A stretch of DNA of 64,000 nt from positions 91,018,001-91,082,000 of the forward strand of contig NW_024704742.1 in the NCBI RefSeq assembly GCF_018977255.1. The letters run 5' to 3'. The notes under the pieces were generated by a model that made no database searches, was not told the DNA's origin, and was given only the letters and a program-made list of their open reading frames with translations. Within the stretch, counting starts at the first letter, position 1; each line of letters opens with the position of its first letter. The stretch comes from Callorhinchus milii. Its lineage: Eukaryota. The position numbers were made by a program, and so were the translations under genes. Positions 37,601-50,419 of this stretch are shown piece by piece.

Positions 37601-40600
37601 GCTGATGCGATCATTTTCCAACCAGAGAAACCACATGGGCTACACACACAGAGCGAATTTAAACTTATCTTTCTCAAAACGTCAGTATCGCTTTTCCTCC
37701 CCTTCATTTATTATCAGCTTGCAGGGTCAATTGCACAGTTTCAAAAAGCATTTAACAGTGAGCTGCACACACTTAATCTGAGTCAGGAGAAAAGTCCTCA
37801 GACAGTGAATTCCTGAATGAATTTTTGCCAAGTTTTAAAAACCTTGTTGGGGGGGCAAAGGGGTCAAATAACTGCAGACATTCTATTGGGACTGTCAAAT
37901 TTAATTTTAATAGATTTTTCAGCTATTCTAATGTTGGTTGCAACAGGCTCAAAAGAAAAGGGATGTTTCTATTAGATAGCAACCATTTGCTGACCTGAGA
38001 CACAAACTGAAGTTTCCTCAGAGCTACATTGTCTACATTGCATTTTTATTAACCTCCATCAGTGGTCTCTGATTCCATTGGTTTTATTAATTGATCTCCG
38101 TGTGTTTAGCTTAGATCACATCACCTTTTACCCTGCCTGCTGCAGACAGTTATCATATTGTCACACCTTCATATCTTGCATGTACACACATTAGTACTGT
38201 ATCCCCTTGGTGTAAATCATTCTTTCCCAGGTACTTGAGACTCTGAGACTCCTTACCTTTCTCACAAGTGTTCCCTTCTCCTGATATTTACCAGCATTTA
38301 AAACCCAAACTTGGTGTTGTCTGACCACTTTTGTGACTGATCGCTAGCTTTTTTAAATCTTTGTGGTGTCCTGTACTATGGGGACTTTTAAGTTTTCAAG
38401 TTAAAGCACGGAATCATTTGTTCTGTTCCTCCCTGTTAAATGCTTACCAAGCAGCCTATTAAAATGCTGCAATAGGGTTTTCTTCTGTTTAATCATTAAT
38501 TCCAGTGATTACCAACATCAAACTGATAACTTTGAGACCTGAGAGGTCTGTGAGTAAACCAAGGGCTAAGTTTTAAAAACAAACACTCGTACTGTTGCTG
38601 TCAGCAAGTAATGCCAAGAATGCTACTATAATCCTACTGCTCTCGTTTAAACGATCTTTGTGCCCACAAAGCCCTTCAATACTGAAATGAATTTGACTCT
38701 GAAAGTTCACACACACGAAGAAGGAATATCAGAATGCAAGCAGCATCAGGAAGTTAATGCGCTGATTTCCCAGTCAATCTCTATCAATGTAAAAATTGGC
38801 AAAACAGTTTAACTTGCTATTTAGGTTTCATGTGCATTAAGGACAAGAATCGTTTCAGTGGCATTTGTTCATCTCCCTGTGTCTTTCATGTCTTTTGTGT
38901 TGTTGAAAGCAGCACAAGGTTCCAGGGACAAAACCACATTCAGGAACAATAGAAACCAATAGAAAATAGGGCCTTTTATCTTCAAATGGAAAGCAAAGAT
39001 TACACAGTTAAAATAGTAAAACCGATCTGAGGCTACATTCCCTTTGAACTTCATTGATTGTCACCTTTTGTGTGAGGGATTAATAATAATAAACCTTGCA
39101 TATGATATAGTGCCTTATCATGTTGTTGAGATGCCTCAAAGCGCTTCACAGAATATATTATAAAGTATAGCGTACTGTGCATTTTGTGGGTGAAACTATG
39201 TCCAAGCCCGCATGTCTTCTGTCCATTGCTCCTGTGGCCAAACCAGACAGAGCTTAGTTCCCCAAGATTGGAAAGAGATTCAGAAATCTTCCTTCAAATT
39301 GCCTGTCCATCGTTGCTAAAACATAAGAGTGATTGTCTTTTGTTATTGTGCTTTTATCACACAATGCCTCTTCCTGAATATTTCTCTTGTGGGAAATAGC
39401 ATTCTATCAGGGTGTAATGGGTGAAAACCTTCACCTGTCACTTTTTTAACTAAGTCAAGGTACCTCTGACTTGGGCCACAATGGTTACCATCTTCACTGA
39501 CATTTTTGGGAAACCAATGTTTATTGAATGGGCCTCTGAAAATATTTGATTTGTTTTTGGTAGGAACTGTTTTTGTTAATGTACTGAGAAAGCTTTGAGA
39601 TCTTTTTCCCTTCCTTAATCAGCTCCTGAATCCAGCACTAATGCAGAACTTAGTTTAGTTATTACATTTCACCTGCATCATTTAGACCGACTTGTTATAG
39701 TGTTCAAGAACATCAAATTGAGTAAACATCAACATAAATGTATTACAAAAAGTGGGCTGTGCTGCTGGAAAAGGAAAAGGGACATGTACAAGCAGAATAC
39801 CATGGTTTAATAGTGCATTTCAGCACATCACTCAGCCAACCAGAATTGAAGACTGGGACAAGGTGTAATCTAATTCAAATATCATTTGGAATCTGACCTG
39901 CAAAGAGCTTCAGGAAGTATCAATCCCGCCTTTAGATTGTAGGGGTCTATCTTCAGCAACCCACCCAGAGATGTCACCATGCGATTTTTGTAATGATGGT
40001 ACAGTAATTATCTTAAAGGAAATCACAATATTCCAGTAATTGCCAATGTCTACCACCAGCCTCTCATTCCCCTGTGAAGGTCTCTAAATACAATATAAGA
40101 ACACATGTAGGATCAGTTTTAATGATAAGTAGGTCACATCTAGCGCACCAACACAATATCTTTTCAAAGCCAGAAAAGGACTGTATTATGCTAACTAATG
40201 CAGTTCTCTCTCTCTTGTTAGAGTCAATGCATCTGTGTTGTTCTTAAAACCTCATATGCAATAAAGATGCATGTGACACCTTCTCCTGACTGTTGTTAAA
40301 TGTTAAACACTGTTACATGAGACTCAATGGGATATTTTTACATCCAGGATAAGACTCACTTAGGATTGCATTACCAGGCTGTATTTCAGTCAAAGAGGAT
40401 CAGGTGAATTCATAAACATAAGAGCAGAGCATCAACCAAACCTTAAGACCCAGCTTGTTTCCACCTTTATTTCCATTACAATATTTTACATACCCTTACA
40501 TTTTTTGAATATCTTTTGCTGGGATATTTTGGCTGAATTACTGGTCCCTAAGCTTATTGGGCTGCAGGAAAGGTGATTGGTGAGTGTAGATTAAAGTACT

Positions 40601-40782
40601 CCAGATCATTGTATTTTATATAAAGATTTCAATCAGATTTTGAGCCATTCATAGCTTTCTACATCAAACATCCTGCTTAACTACCGCCTGCAAACTTCCA
40701 CAGCATGCAGCATATGACTCACTTAGTAAATTGCCTCACACTGATTCACCAAAGCAATCATGCATCTGTGCTACACACAGTT

Positions 40783-41164
40783 GTGGAGTCCTGTAGCTTA
40801 GTGGTTAGAGCACTGGCCTCGCAAGCGAGAGGACCTGGGTCTGAGTCCCAGCAGGGCGAAACATTGGGCAAGTTTCCTTACTCCACATGCCTCTGTGTAC
40901 CGAGCAATAAATAGGAACCCAGTTGTTAGTCAGTTGGTGGATCGCTTTTCTGTAGGTAATAATCCCTTCAAAAAATAATAATAATAAATTTTGGTCACTC
41001 AATCCACAACTGTTTGTGGAACACTGCTGTGTGCAACTGGCTGCCACATTTCACCCACAAAATATACAGTCAATTAACTTTACAGTGTATTCTGTGAAGT
41101 GCTTTGAGATGTCTCGAAGACATGATAAGGCGCTATATCAAATGCAAGGATTATTATTATTATT
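40783..41164 (+). mobile_element. tRNA-derived SINE, long form
   Basis: Same head and tail plus ~65 nt of extra internal sequence (40892-40956). Confidence 0.9.
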
Positions 41165-42032
41165 TATAGTTAATGGTTAAGCAAGTCAAAAATACAATTC
41201 AATAAAACAATCGAGCGTTATTGAACTATCAACCAAAGAAGCAAAAGCTAAGATCAACCAAACTCCATAGCGATTGAACTGCCTTCTAACATATAACAGA
41301 ACACAGGGGAACATATAAAAGAAGGTGGGGAAGGGGTCGGAGAGGAACTATTTTCCTTTGCTCAGACTCTCAATACAGTTGCGTGTACAGAATTGTGTGT
41401 GATAACCAAGAAAGAGCTAGAGAACAGCTCAGCTGTGTTCTGTAAATTCAATTGGGATAACCTCATGATTTCACAAGAGAGTTTTGGGTGAAGAAGACCT
41501 TTGACTTGAACACATGTCAACCTTACCATCTTCCCATTTAACTGTGACATGAGGAACACATTTTTATTTAACTCTTAACTCTTACTATGTTAGAATATGA
41601 ACTTCATACACAAACTAAAATCTGACCCTCTTTAGACCGTATTTGTACATGATAACTGGCTGAAACTTAGAGTATTAGGTGACCGCCCCCCAACCCCCCA
41701 CCCTCTAAAAGCTGTACCAAGGCTGTATTTGAGCAACTCTTGGATTAGCACATGTTGACGTGTCACCTTTTCCTGTAGGGAAATGTCTCTCCTCCATTCC
41801 AAACCTCATAGCAGCTTAAGCAAGAGTTTGTAATGTCAGATAAATAAAATTGGCAGCCAATTTTCCCCTGTTCTTAAAATCAATTAAAAGTCATTCCAAT
41901 ACTCCAATAACTAGGTAAAAGGTCAGTGGAGTCTTCAGTGCATTTCTCACCGTTTGCGCTGTTTCAAAACCCTGATGTTTATTGTAATGTTGATGTTAAT
42001 GCTGAACGGGTTCCTTCTTTTGCTCCTTCCAG

Positions 42033-42690
42033 GCACAGCGCAAATATAAACCTGCACCGCAAGCTGCTGACCAAAGAACTGGATGACATGGGAATGGATC
42101 CAGCTCTGCCATTGGCCAAGGACCTCCGTGAAGAATTCTTGGCAAAGATCTACAGCGGGCAACATGGAATAGGGCTGGACATGAGGGACGAAGCCAGCTC
42201 ACCAGCCGGAACAGAAGACTCCCACACCAATGGGTACGGAAGGGGGACCGCAGATGACTACATGGTCTTGGACCTCAGCACCACCTCCAGTATCCAGTCT
42301 GGCAGCAGTGTCCACTCATCACGGGAGTCGGAAGCCGGGAGCGATGAGGGAATCCTGCTGGACGATATTGACGGTGCCAGCGACAGTGGAGAATCCATTC
42401 ACAGGGCAGAGGGCCAATTCCGGGGAGCCGGCTCCAGCAGCGAGATCCTAGAGCCTTCCATACTGCAATCGGCGTCAACTAGCAACGGCGGGATCATGTG
42501 CATCATCTGCCATAAAATGTACAGCAACAAGGGGACTCTGAGGGTGCATTACAAGACCGTGCACCTCCGCGAAATGCACAAGTGCAAGGTACCCGGCTGC
42601 AACATGATGTTCTCCTCCCTGCGTAGCCGGAACCGGCACAGCCAGAACCCTAACCTACACAAAAACATTCCCTTTGCCTCCTTAGAATAA
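42033..42690 (+). CDS. BNC2: Basonuclin-2, last coding exon
   Basis: Acceptor ttccttcttttgctccttccAG|G (AG 42031-42032). AG+G restores the Arg codon and continues [18 protein letters not shown]...[17 protein letters not shown] to TAA at 42688-42690; phase matches the 3675 donor. Confidence 0.97.
42277..42330 (+). other. BNC2: Serine stripe
   Basis: [18 protein letters not shown], a known basonuclin feature. Confidence 0.8.
42499..42660 (+). other. BNC2: C2H2 zinc-finger pair 3 (fingers 5-6)
   Basis: CIIC...HYKTVH and CKVPGC...HSQNPNLH. Confidence 0.95.
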
Positions 42691-43329
42691 AGCAGACCTT
42701 GACTCCAGGTGGCCCTGACCTTTGAAAACTGCTTGTCTTTTTGACATCAGGTGCTTTCAATGCAGTTTTGCCCTTCAACCTGGGGTTGGACACAGGGAGC
42801 AATTGTTTCCACTCGGTAAATTCCCCCCCCTCCTCCCCCACTTCTCTCCCACACCACCCCAGCTCTTGTTGAAATTGCTCATGCTTAATTCATCTCCAAA
42901 GAGACAGTTTGAACTATTTGTGACTGTTGCCTGCGAAAAAAAAAGTACCTTCTTGTTGTCTTTGTGTACTTACTACTAGTCAGCTTTTGAAAGAAACTTC
43001 GATTAAGCATGGCAGCTTATTTTGTAAATACTGTGCCCTTGAAAGGCCAATGTGTAAATCTATTGTGTGGTGATGCTGATGAGCCTAGCTGTGCTTTTTG
43101 TAATATTTGAGATTGTTAAACATTTGGCTGAAGTTGGCCAACACAGAAGTCCTGAGGTAAAACTCATACCTCTTCCCCCTTTGGTTATTCGTATAGCTAC
43201 GAACCATGGTTGCTATCAGTGAATTTCTGGCCCACAGACACTGTGTGTAACTAGCACCATTTCACAGCCTTGTCCTTTACTTCTAAAGTATCAGTCATCC
43301 AAACCCAGTCAGCTTCTTCACAGTCACCA

Positions 43330-43642
43330 GTTGGCTGTTCATAAACTGCAGTAGATGGCCCTGACTGTGTATTTTGTAGGCAAATATGACAGCCAATTTG
43401 CACACATCAATATCCTACAAATAGCCTTGAAGTGAATGACCATTTTTATCTGAGGGAATTATTGGCCAGGACACCAAGAGATGTCAGGATGCCAGAATTA
43501 TTTCTATTTTTAAATAGTGCCATGGGATCCTCAATATCCACCTGAACAAGCAGGTGTGACCTCAGCTTAGTGTCTCATCTGAAGGACGACACCTGTCACA
43601 AGAGAGCATACCTCCAGCGTTCCACTGGAGTGTCAGCCTAGA
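43330..43642 (-). mobile_element. Deu-domain SINE inside the BNC2 3' UTR
   Basis: ggccaggacacc...aatagtgccatgggatcctcaatatccacctgaac...ctcatctgaaggacgacacct. Confidence 0.75.
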
Positions 43643-44929
43643 CTTGTTGGCACAGACAGGGTGGGCCAAATGGCCTTCTTCTGTGCCATATAATGTTATG
43701 GTTCTATGGTAATAAATGAGCTCAAAGTCACAGCATGCAGCTTGAAACCAAATCCTTCTGAATCTGAAATGAAAATCCTACCAAGTGAGCCAGGCTGAGA
43801 ACCGGCTTCATCTGAATCAGAGGGAGACAGAATAAACCCTCTATTGTGGTTCATGAGCCAACTGAAATGGTTATTGCCTCTGATAGAGGGGCATTTCACA
43901 TCCTGCGGGTTCCCCTTCCTTCTACTGGCTTAGAAAGATGGATTGTACCATCATGGCTAATGCCAGCTGTGGTTCATCTCCCCCTTTAATTAATCCCACT
44001 TCTTCGCTAAAGGTGATGACTCTTGCTTGGGTCATGGTTGTATGTTCAGCACTAAAGTGTCCATTTTACACAGGCCAGCCATGACAGTGAGCGTTGGCTG
44101 ACTGCGCAAACATAGGGGAGCATCACAGGTAAACGATAGCGTGGCCACATGACAAGGAATTTTGAAGGTCAGCAGTAGTGAGCGTAGCTCGAGTCTCCCC
44201 TTATTTCTCACTCACCCCCGAGTTAGCTCCCAGAGGCCCGCAGCAATCAACACCTCTAATGTTGCCCAGCCGGCCAATTGGAGGAAGCCTGTTACTGTGA
44301 CAAGGAATTTCATCCCCATCTCAGATAGAATTCCCTCAGAACCCAACCCCTCCGAAACATTAGCGAGTTACCTTTTTAACAATTTTTATCGGTCTTCGAA
44401 ATAGATGACCCAGGTTCCATCCATAACCGTAGTATTCCAACAGCTATAAGCGCTTTGGGATGTCCTCCCGACGTGAAAAGCGCTATATCAAATGCAAGGA
44501 TTATTATTATTATTATTATGATTGTGAGCACTTGATGGCTGGTATCTGAATAATACACACACACACATAAGTTACAAAAAAAATCAAACACTGTAAATCA
44601 TTTTAGTAACCCGTGCATTTGTCCTGCTTCATCTCGGGAGTATCATTTTACATTTGTTATCTGTGGCATTAAATAATTATTTTATACATATTTAAAAAAA
44701 GAGGAGTACCAAATTGAAGAAAGGCCAGTTGATTTTCCGACTGATGAGGAGTAGAAATCTAAAGCAGATTCCCAAGTCCAGCTTCTCATTCTACAGGCAT
44801 CTAGGTGTGTGGGGGGGTTGGTTAGAAGAAGAAAGAAGGCTGCTGATTTTGACAGACACAAACATCTAAAAAGAGCATTTTCAAATTCCACTCCCCAGAC
44901 CTAATATGGACAAATCCAAGGCATAGATA

Positions 44930-45102
44930 CGGGAAAAGCAATCACAGGCAGATCAATTGAAAGCATCAACATGATTGCAGAACCTAGAGAGGACTGAGGA
45001 AAGGGCAGGCAAATGGGACAGAACAGATTGCTCTTAAAAGAATCAGCACCAACATAATGGGCTGAATGGCTTTCTTCTGTGCTGTAAAATTCTACGGTTC
45101 TA
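44930..45102 (+). mobile_element. CR1 3' tail (similar tails at 43645-43710, 55600-55700, 55985-56015, 57250-57365)
   Basis: atgggctgaatggctttcttctgtgctgtaaaattctacggttcta, a typical CR1 3' end. Confidence 0.6.
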
Positions 45103-47136
45103 ACTTTCTGTGTGATCCAACTTCAGTGAACTTTTGTTCTTTACAGACTCCAAAAATGGGAAAGCGAGGCTATTGGCTCATCTGTGTTACACTATTGAAT
45201 GGTTGTTAGTTTTTATTTTAGTTCACAGTCTATCTTGTCGGGGACTTCCTGTCAGCAAAGGAGGCTGTGAAGAGAAAGCGAAGTGTGCCGGGCGGTTTGG
45301 TTCATTTTTGTTAGCTTTAATGAGCTCTGGCCTTTTTTTTTCTCTTTTTTTTCTTTTTCGAATTTAGGAAAAAAAATGAAACACAGCTTGTTTAACTATC
45401 TGCTAGAAATAGCAACGGAAAGGGTGCTGGCATGCTGCAGCTCCCGGTCGGAAAATAAATAGTGTGTCTCTAGTACTAGTACATGAATCCAGTCATGCAC
45501 TTTTCAACACTACGTGGTGATGTATGTTATTGCTATATCATTTTATACACTCTTTTTCTTAACGACCATCATCACCCTTTTAAAAAAGGCAATCCACTAC
45601 AGGAGGCCGCCCAGTTCCACAAAGACAGACTGTCCCTGCTGTGGCCGGCTCATACTCCAGCGGAAAGCAATGCCAATGAAGCTGAAGTATTACTTATTTG
45701 CAACCTTTAAAAAAAAAGAAAAAAAACCTGCTGACTTTGCACAAGTTATGTGAGAGGAGGAAAAAAAGGAGGTCTTAAGCTGTAACTCGATCCAGTTTTT
45801 TTTTAGGGTTTTTTTTCCTTCCTCACCAGGAAATAGCTCTTCAAAAATACAGGCCCAACAACAAATATCTGGCCAAAAATGCAAATAAATGAAAGTATTC
45901 TAAATCATTCAGATGTTGAATGTATGTACCCAAGTACTCAACAGCCTGCAAACCGAAATGTTTTGCACTACATTATGTTTGAAATACACAACACATCTTT
46001 TGGGTGATATGACAAGCAGTTATCAGTCGTTTTCCAGCAAAGGATTAGGCAGAGTTTTCCGATTACATTATACAAGGAGCAGGTCAAAGAAAACAGTGGG
46101 TTCTCACGGAAGCCATGTGAAAATGTGTTCCATTGAGCAGCATGTTACAAAGAGTGTTCTTCTTCCCATTTCTTTCTCAAATGAGCCATTTTTTACGATG
46201 AAGCTTGTGGTGAACCACAGAATGTCACTGAGTTGCGGATTGGAATCTGTATTAGGTGAAACGCTTTGAAACCTACGCTTCCCAGAACCAAAGTTTTTTT
46301 TTAAGAAAGTGTCTTCATTCAGAAAAGGAGCTTCCTATTCCCTTTTGTCAGATGGTGAAAGTTTAATAATACGAGATACGGTAGGCAAGCGGGGAATGGC
46401 CTTTTTTCAAAGGAACATGTAAGCACTTCTTTCTTCATGATATTTTTGACTTGTCGAGTCCTGGTACTTTCTAAATTTATCATTTTTTAAAAACGAGTCA
46501 ATCATTCCTTTTCAAAATTCAGATATATAAACGTGGCCATTGAGCACCTAGTTTGAATAAACAAGGTGACCTTTAGCATTACAGCAGACAAATATAACTT
46601 CTAATAGATAGAAGGCTGCAAGTGATGGTGGAAGGACACACCCATCATGAGAACCATTTGACTTGGCTATTCATGCCTAGGGCAGCAGATAGAATGACAC
46701 TGTAGGGGGGAGAGAGCCTTTGAACTAATAACCTAAGAATAGCTGTCCCATTTCAGGGGGTTTTGGTACAAATCTGACTAACGCTCAGAGAGTTAAGAAT
46801 TTTAGTCTTAGTAAATAGCATGTACTCTTCTCAGTCTTAAAATAATGATTCAAATAATTCTGGTCAAGCTTCCTTCCGATCCCACATAGGAGATGTTTGA
46901 GTTTTTTTTACATGAATCGGAAAAGAAGCCGTATATTCTATCTTGAAAGTAAAAGGAAATTAGGGAGGGGGTTGGGGGTGGGGCATAGCACCAGAATCAG
47001 GAGCACTTATTGACTGAGAAATTCTGTGCACAATGATGAGGGCCAGTATTACCCACAGACAATAAAGAACATTTACACCTGTGATTGAATTAAACTTTCC
47101 ACAACTGGTGAGAACGATGCGGTCAGTGAGATTTCC

Positions 47137-47168
47137 TCCCCCACCCCCCCCCACCCCCCCACCCCCCC
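47137..47168 (+). repeat. C-run tract (CnA)n in the 3' UTR
   Basis: Four C runs separated by single A. Confidence 0.8.
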
Positions 47169-50045
47169 GAGAAAATAATCTTTTTGTTATGATAATATGA
47201 ACCTATTAAACATGTCCTATGAGTTCCTGAATCACGTTGACTGCATTAACTACCACATAGTATTGTATGAAGACTGACTTTCATTAGGGCTTTGCCTGCA
47301 GCCAAACAATTTGTGTGTATATGTACGTCTGATAGAATCATTGTCAAGTGCATTTTGTCTCAAACAAGGTGAAATTCAGCAACACTAATGTATTGTCTTT
47401 CTTAAACACTTGTCAGCCAGAGATTATTTCTCAAGTTTGTTCCTTTTAGAATTTTTTTCTATTCCCTGTGTAGAAAAAAAATCAGTTAATATTTCTCTGG
47501 TGTTTCATTTTGGTGCTCGGGTTATGTGCTGTTTTTTTTTAAAAAAAATTACTTCTGTGCATTTTTTAAAATTGTATTTGCACAAATATCTTTAACTTTG
47601 GTCGATTTTTGCCAAATGAGACTGTGGACTTGCAATCTTTTGCTTTAGTCAACTGATACCTTGCAGTATTGTGTATTTTTCCAAACCAAGTGGCTGCCTC
47701 TGGAAAAATCTAGCGTTTATACATATATATATATTAAAAAATACACAGACATATGCTGTAATGAGGAAGAGCAGTCATTTAATGTGTATTGAATGAGAAC
47801 AAATTCAGAACAAACTGGGGAATATGAAGCTTGAACTGGTGAGAGTTGGAGGCACTTAGTATTTCCCGTCATCTAGTCCCGGTTCTAATTACTCACTTGT
47901 CACTTTATCACCTTCAAAGATGTGAATGTAGATGGCAAGATTTTGACACATATAATAACCCTCTTCTCTTCCCCCTCTCCCCCTCCAGCTCTTCTCTGTA
48001 TGTATTCTGCGAGTCCTATAGGGATGCAGACTAATAGTGTACACTTAAGTTCACCATGCGGCCATCAAGTATAAGAGGATGTGTAATTGCCTGTTTATCG
48101 TATGTGAAGGGAAAATTGAGTACAGTAACTCAGCCTGTCCCTGAAGTTCACTGATGCATGCATCTGCAATGCAGTGAGAGATCGGAGGTCCCAGCTCGAA
48201 GTTTGGGAGCCTGTCTCTCTGCAACCCAGGACTGCCAGAGCTGCTTTTGGCTGATAGCAGACAGACAGTAATAAGATGACTTGTTAGCCAAGGCTCAGCT
48301 GAGAGATGCTGTGCCTGACAGCCCTTGTCTAGGCTTTAAAGCTGCAGTGGATTAGAGTTCAGAATTGTAGCACATTCAGACCTGACGGGTACAGGGTAGA
48401 GAACGGTAGATAGTTCATTCCAAAGTGACATTTCTTGCTTGACGCCACTTACATGTGCAAGGCAGGCGCGATGGAGGCAAGGTGCCAGAATTGTTCCACA
48501 CGATACGTGACTAACACTTTGGTGTTGTGTGATAGCCTGAGAAAACAGCAGTGTGAATGTGAGGCTTTTTTATAAACAGAAGGGAACAGGGAGGTTGAGC
48601 CTGAAAATTGCAAGTTTATGGAACCTAGTGTTGTGATCAATGAAGGGCAGCCACTGCCAGGATCGCTCTGCGGTCAGTGTTAATGTGCCAGCTGATTTGG
48701 TGCTACTGGCAATTCAGTATCCACCCACTGTCTAGCAGTGAGGACATTCCTGGCATCACACAGCTATCTGTGAGAGTGTGGGGAATCACTGCACTTTCAT
48801 TTCAAAGCTTGCAATTTGACTTCAACTAATTTCACAACCAGAATTGGTTTCATAACTTGGTTGTAGCTGGTGTAATGGAGAAGTGCATTCATAGAGGGAA
48901 TAAGAGACGGTTCTTAATATAGGTATAGTTACAGAGTAAACATTCCCCACATAAACACTACCTGGAGAGTGAGCTTTGCTGCTGATGTCCTGCAAACACA
49001 TCTTTGAGGTGGGAAACTGACAAGCCTCTGACTCCCAGATCCCAAATAAGCAGGAGCCCCCCTAAACAAATGGTATCAAGAGTTCACTCATTGCTAACAT
49101 TTTTGTTCCATTACCTTTAAATTATTCACTGTGAGGCATTGCGAATACCTTTCAGAAATGTTATTTTTTTTCCCTCTCTCGTGTACAGCAACTCTCCCAA
49201 CAAATACCAAACTTCTTAAAACATGGTTCGGTATTTTTGTTTTTGCTAAACTTAACTAAAAAAATTAAAAGGACTGCTAATAACTTATAAATCTGTATTC
49301 TACACGTTGTAGTATTAAGTGTTTATCAGATATATTATACAACTATGAAATCTAGTGCAATTATTTTAGATAAATAATTGGTTTATGTACTTTCTGGAAA
49401 AAAATAATTCCCCGGATGATGTGCTAAGAGATTGGACCAGCTGTGACAGCAGTGCAGAGCTTGGGGTTACACATTCTTTCAAGTTTTACCTTTCTTCTGC
49501 AGTTTTACACACACGCAGGCTGGCGGTGTGAATGAAATGTCAATGCTTCTGTTGGCTTGCAAGTTAAGAATTGTTACAGCTTTTAAAATTTCAATAAGTC
49601 CCATTGCACCCTGTCCGACAGTTTTCCAATTGTATAATTCTCTTTTTTATTATTGTTATTAATAATTATTATTTTTCAGTTCATTTGCTTCTTTGTATGT
49701 GAAAGTTAATGCACTGCTATAATGCTTGTGTAGCCACAGTATGCACTACAACGTATAGCTGTACCTGGGGATTTGAAAAGCCTGCTTCACTTTGATCTAA
49801 TAATCATGACATTGGTAGTTTCATAAATACTGTATGTACTGAAAAAATGTTTTTTTCATTTAGTAGTTCAGAGGGAAAAAAAAGTCTTTTTATTTGAAAT
49901 TGTTTTCCTTGTACTTTCTGTACTATATACTGTCTCTGGTTTTTTGCATAAAATGCATAAGGGTTTGGGATGTAAATGGAATTTTATTCATATTTTGTCC
50001 AAATACCTCTTGTAATTTGTATCAGAATTCTTGTACAATTTTTAT

Positions 50046-50051
50046 ATTAAA
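50046..50051 (+). terminator. BNC2: Probable distal polyadenylation signal ATTAAA
   Basis: ATTAAA preceded by several TGTA elements and followed by a U-rich tract at ~50075-50092. Confidence 0.6.
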
Positions 50052-50419
50052 GATTTATCAGTCACTGGCAAATGTCTCCCTTTCCTTTTTTTAAAAACAA
50101 AAAGAAAATCCTCCCATATTGCATCTGGCTCAGGTGCCCTGTTTAGAGTTGATGCTTTACATTTCCTCAGAACACATGCTTTGCTGAAGTCTACATATGT
50201 TACAGATTCACAGGCTTAGATATCATCAGCGACTCTTGAGCCGAAATGAAAGTGATGGAGAAGTGTTTCATGTTACATATGCTGAATTTAGGTAACTTTT
50301 GTCATTGACTGCAGAAGAGACTTTGACAGATACCCTCACACTGTGGAATCCACAGTATTTGATTTACTTTTTTGTAAACCAAATACTAGTACAGTACTGG
50401 TACACAGTATTTGGTGTAC

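Larger units (their letters stand above)
3676..42032 (+). other. BNC2: BNC2 last intron (38,357 nt, GT-AG, phase 2), interrupts zinc finger 4
   Basis: Joining 3675 to 42033 gives an intact finger [26 protein letters not shown]. Confidence 0.95.
42691..50075 (+). other. BNC2: Probable long BNC2 3' UTR (~7.4 kb)
   Basis: Follows the stop codon; repeat-poor and U-rich from ~45100, with dense TGTA motifs at 49700-50040 ending in ATTAAA. The end point is inferred. Confidence 0.65.

Noticed and set aside
41926..42032. 5' extension of the 254-aa ORF
   Set aside because: Intronic; it includes the polypyrimidine tract, and BNC2 similarity starts at 42033.
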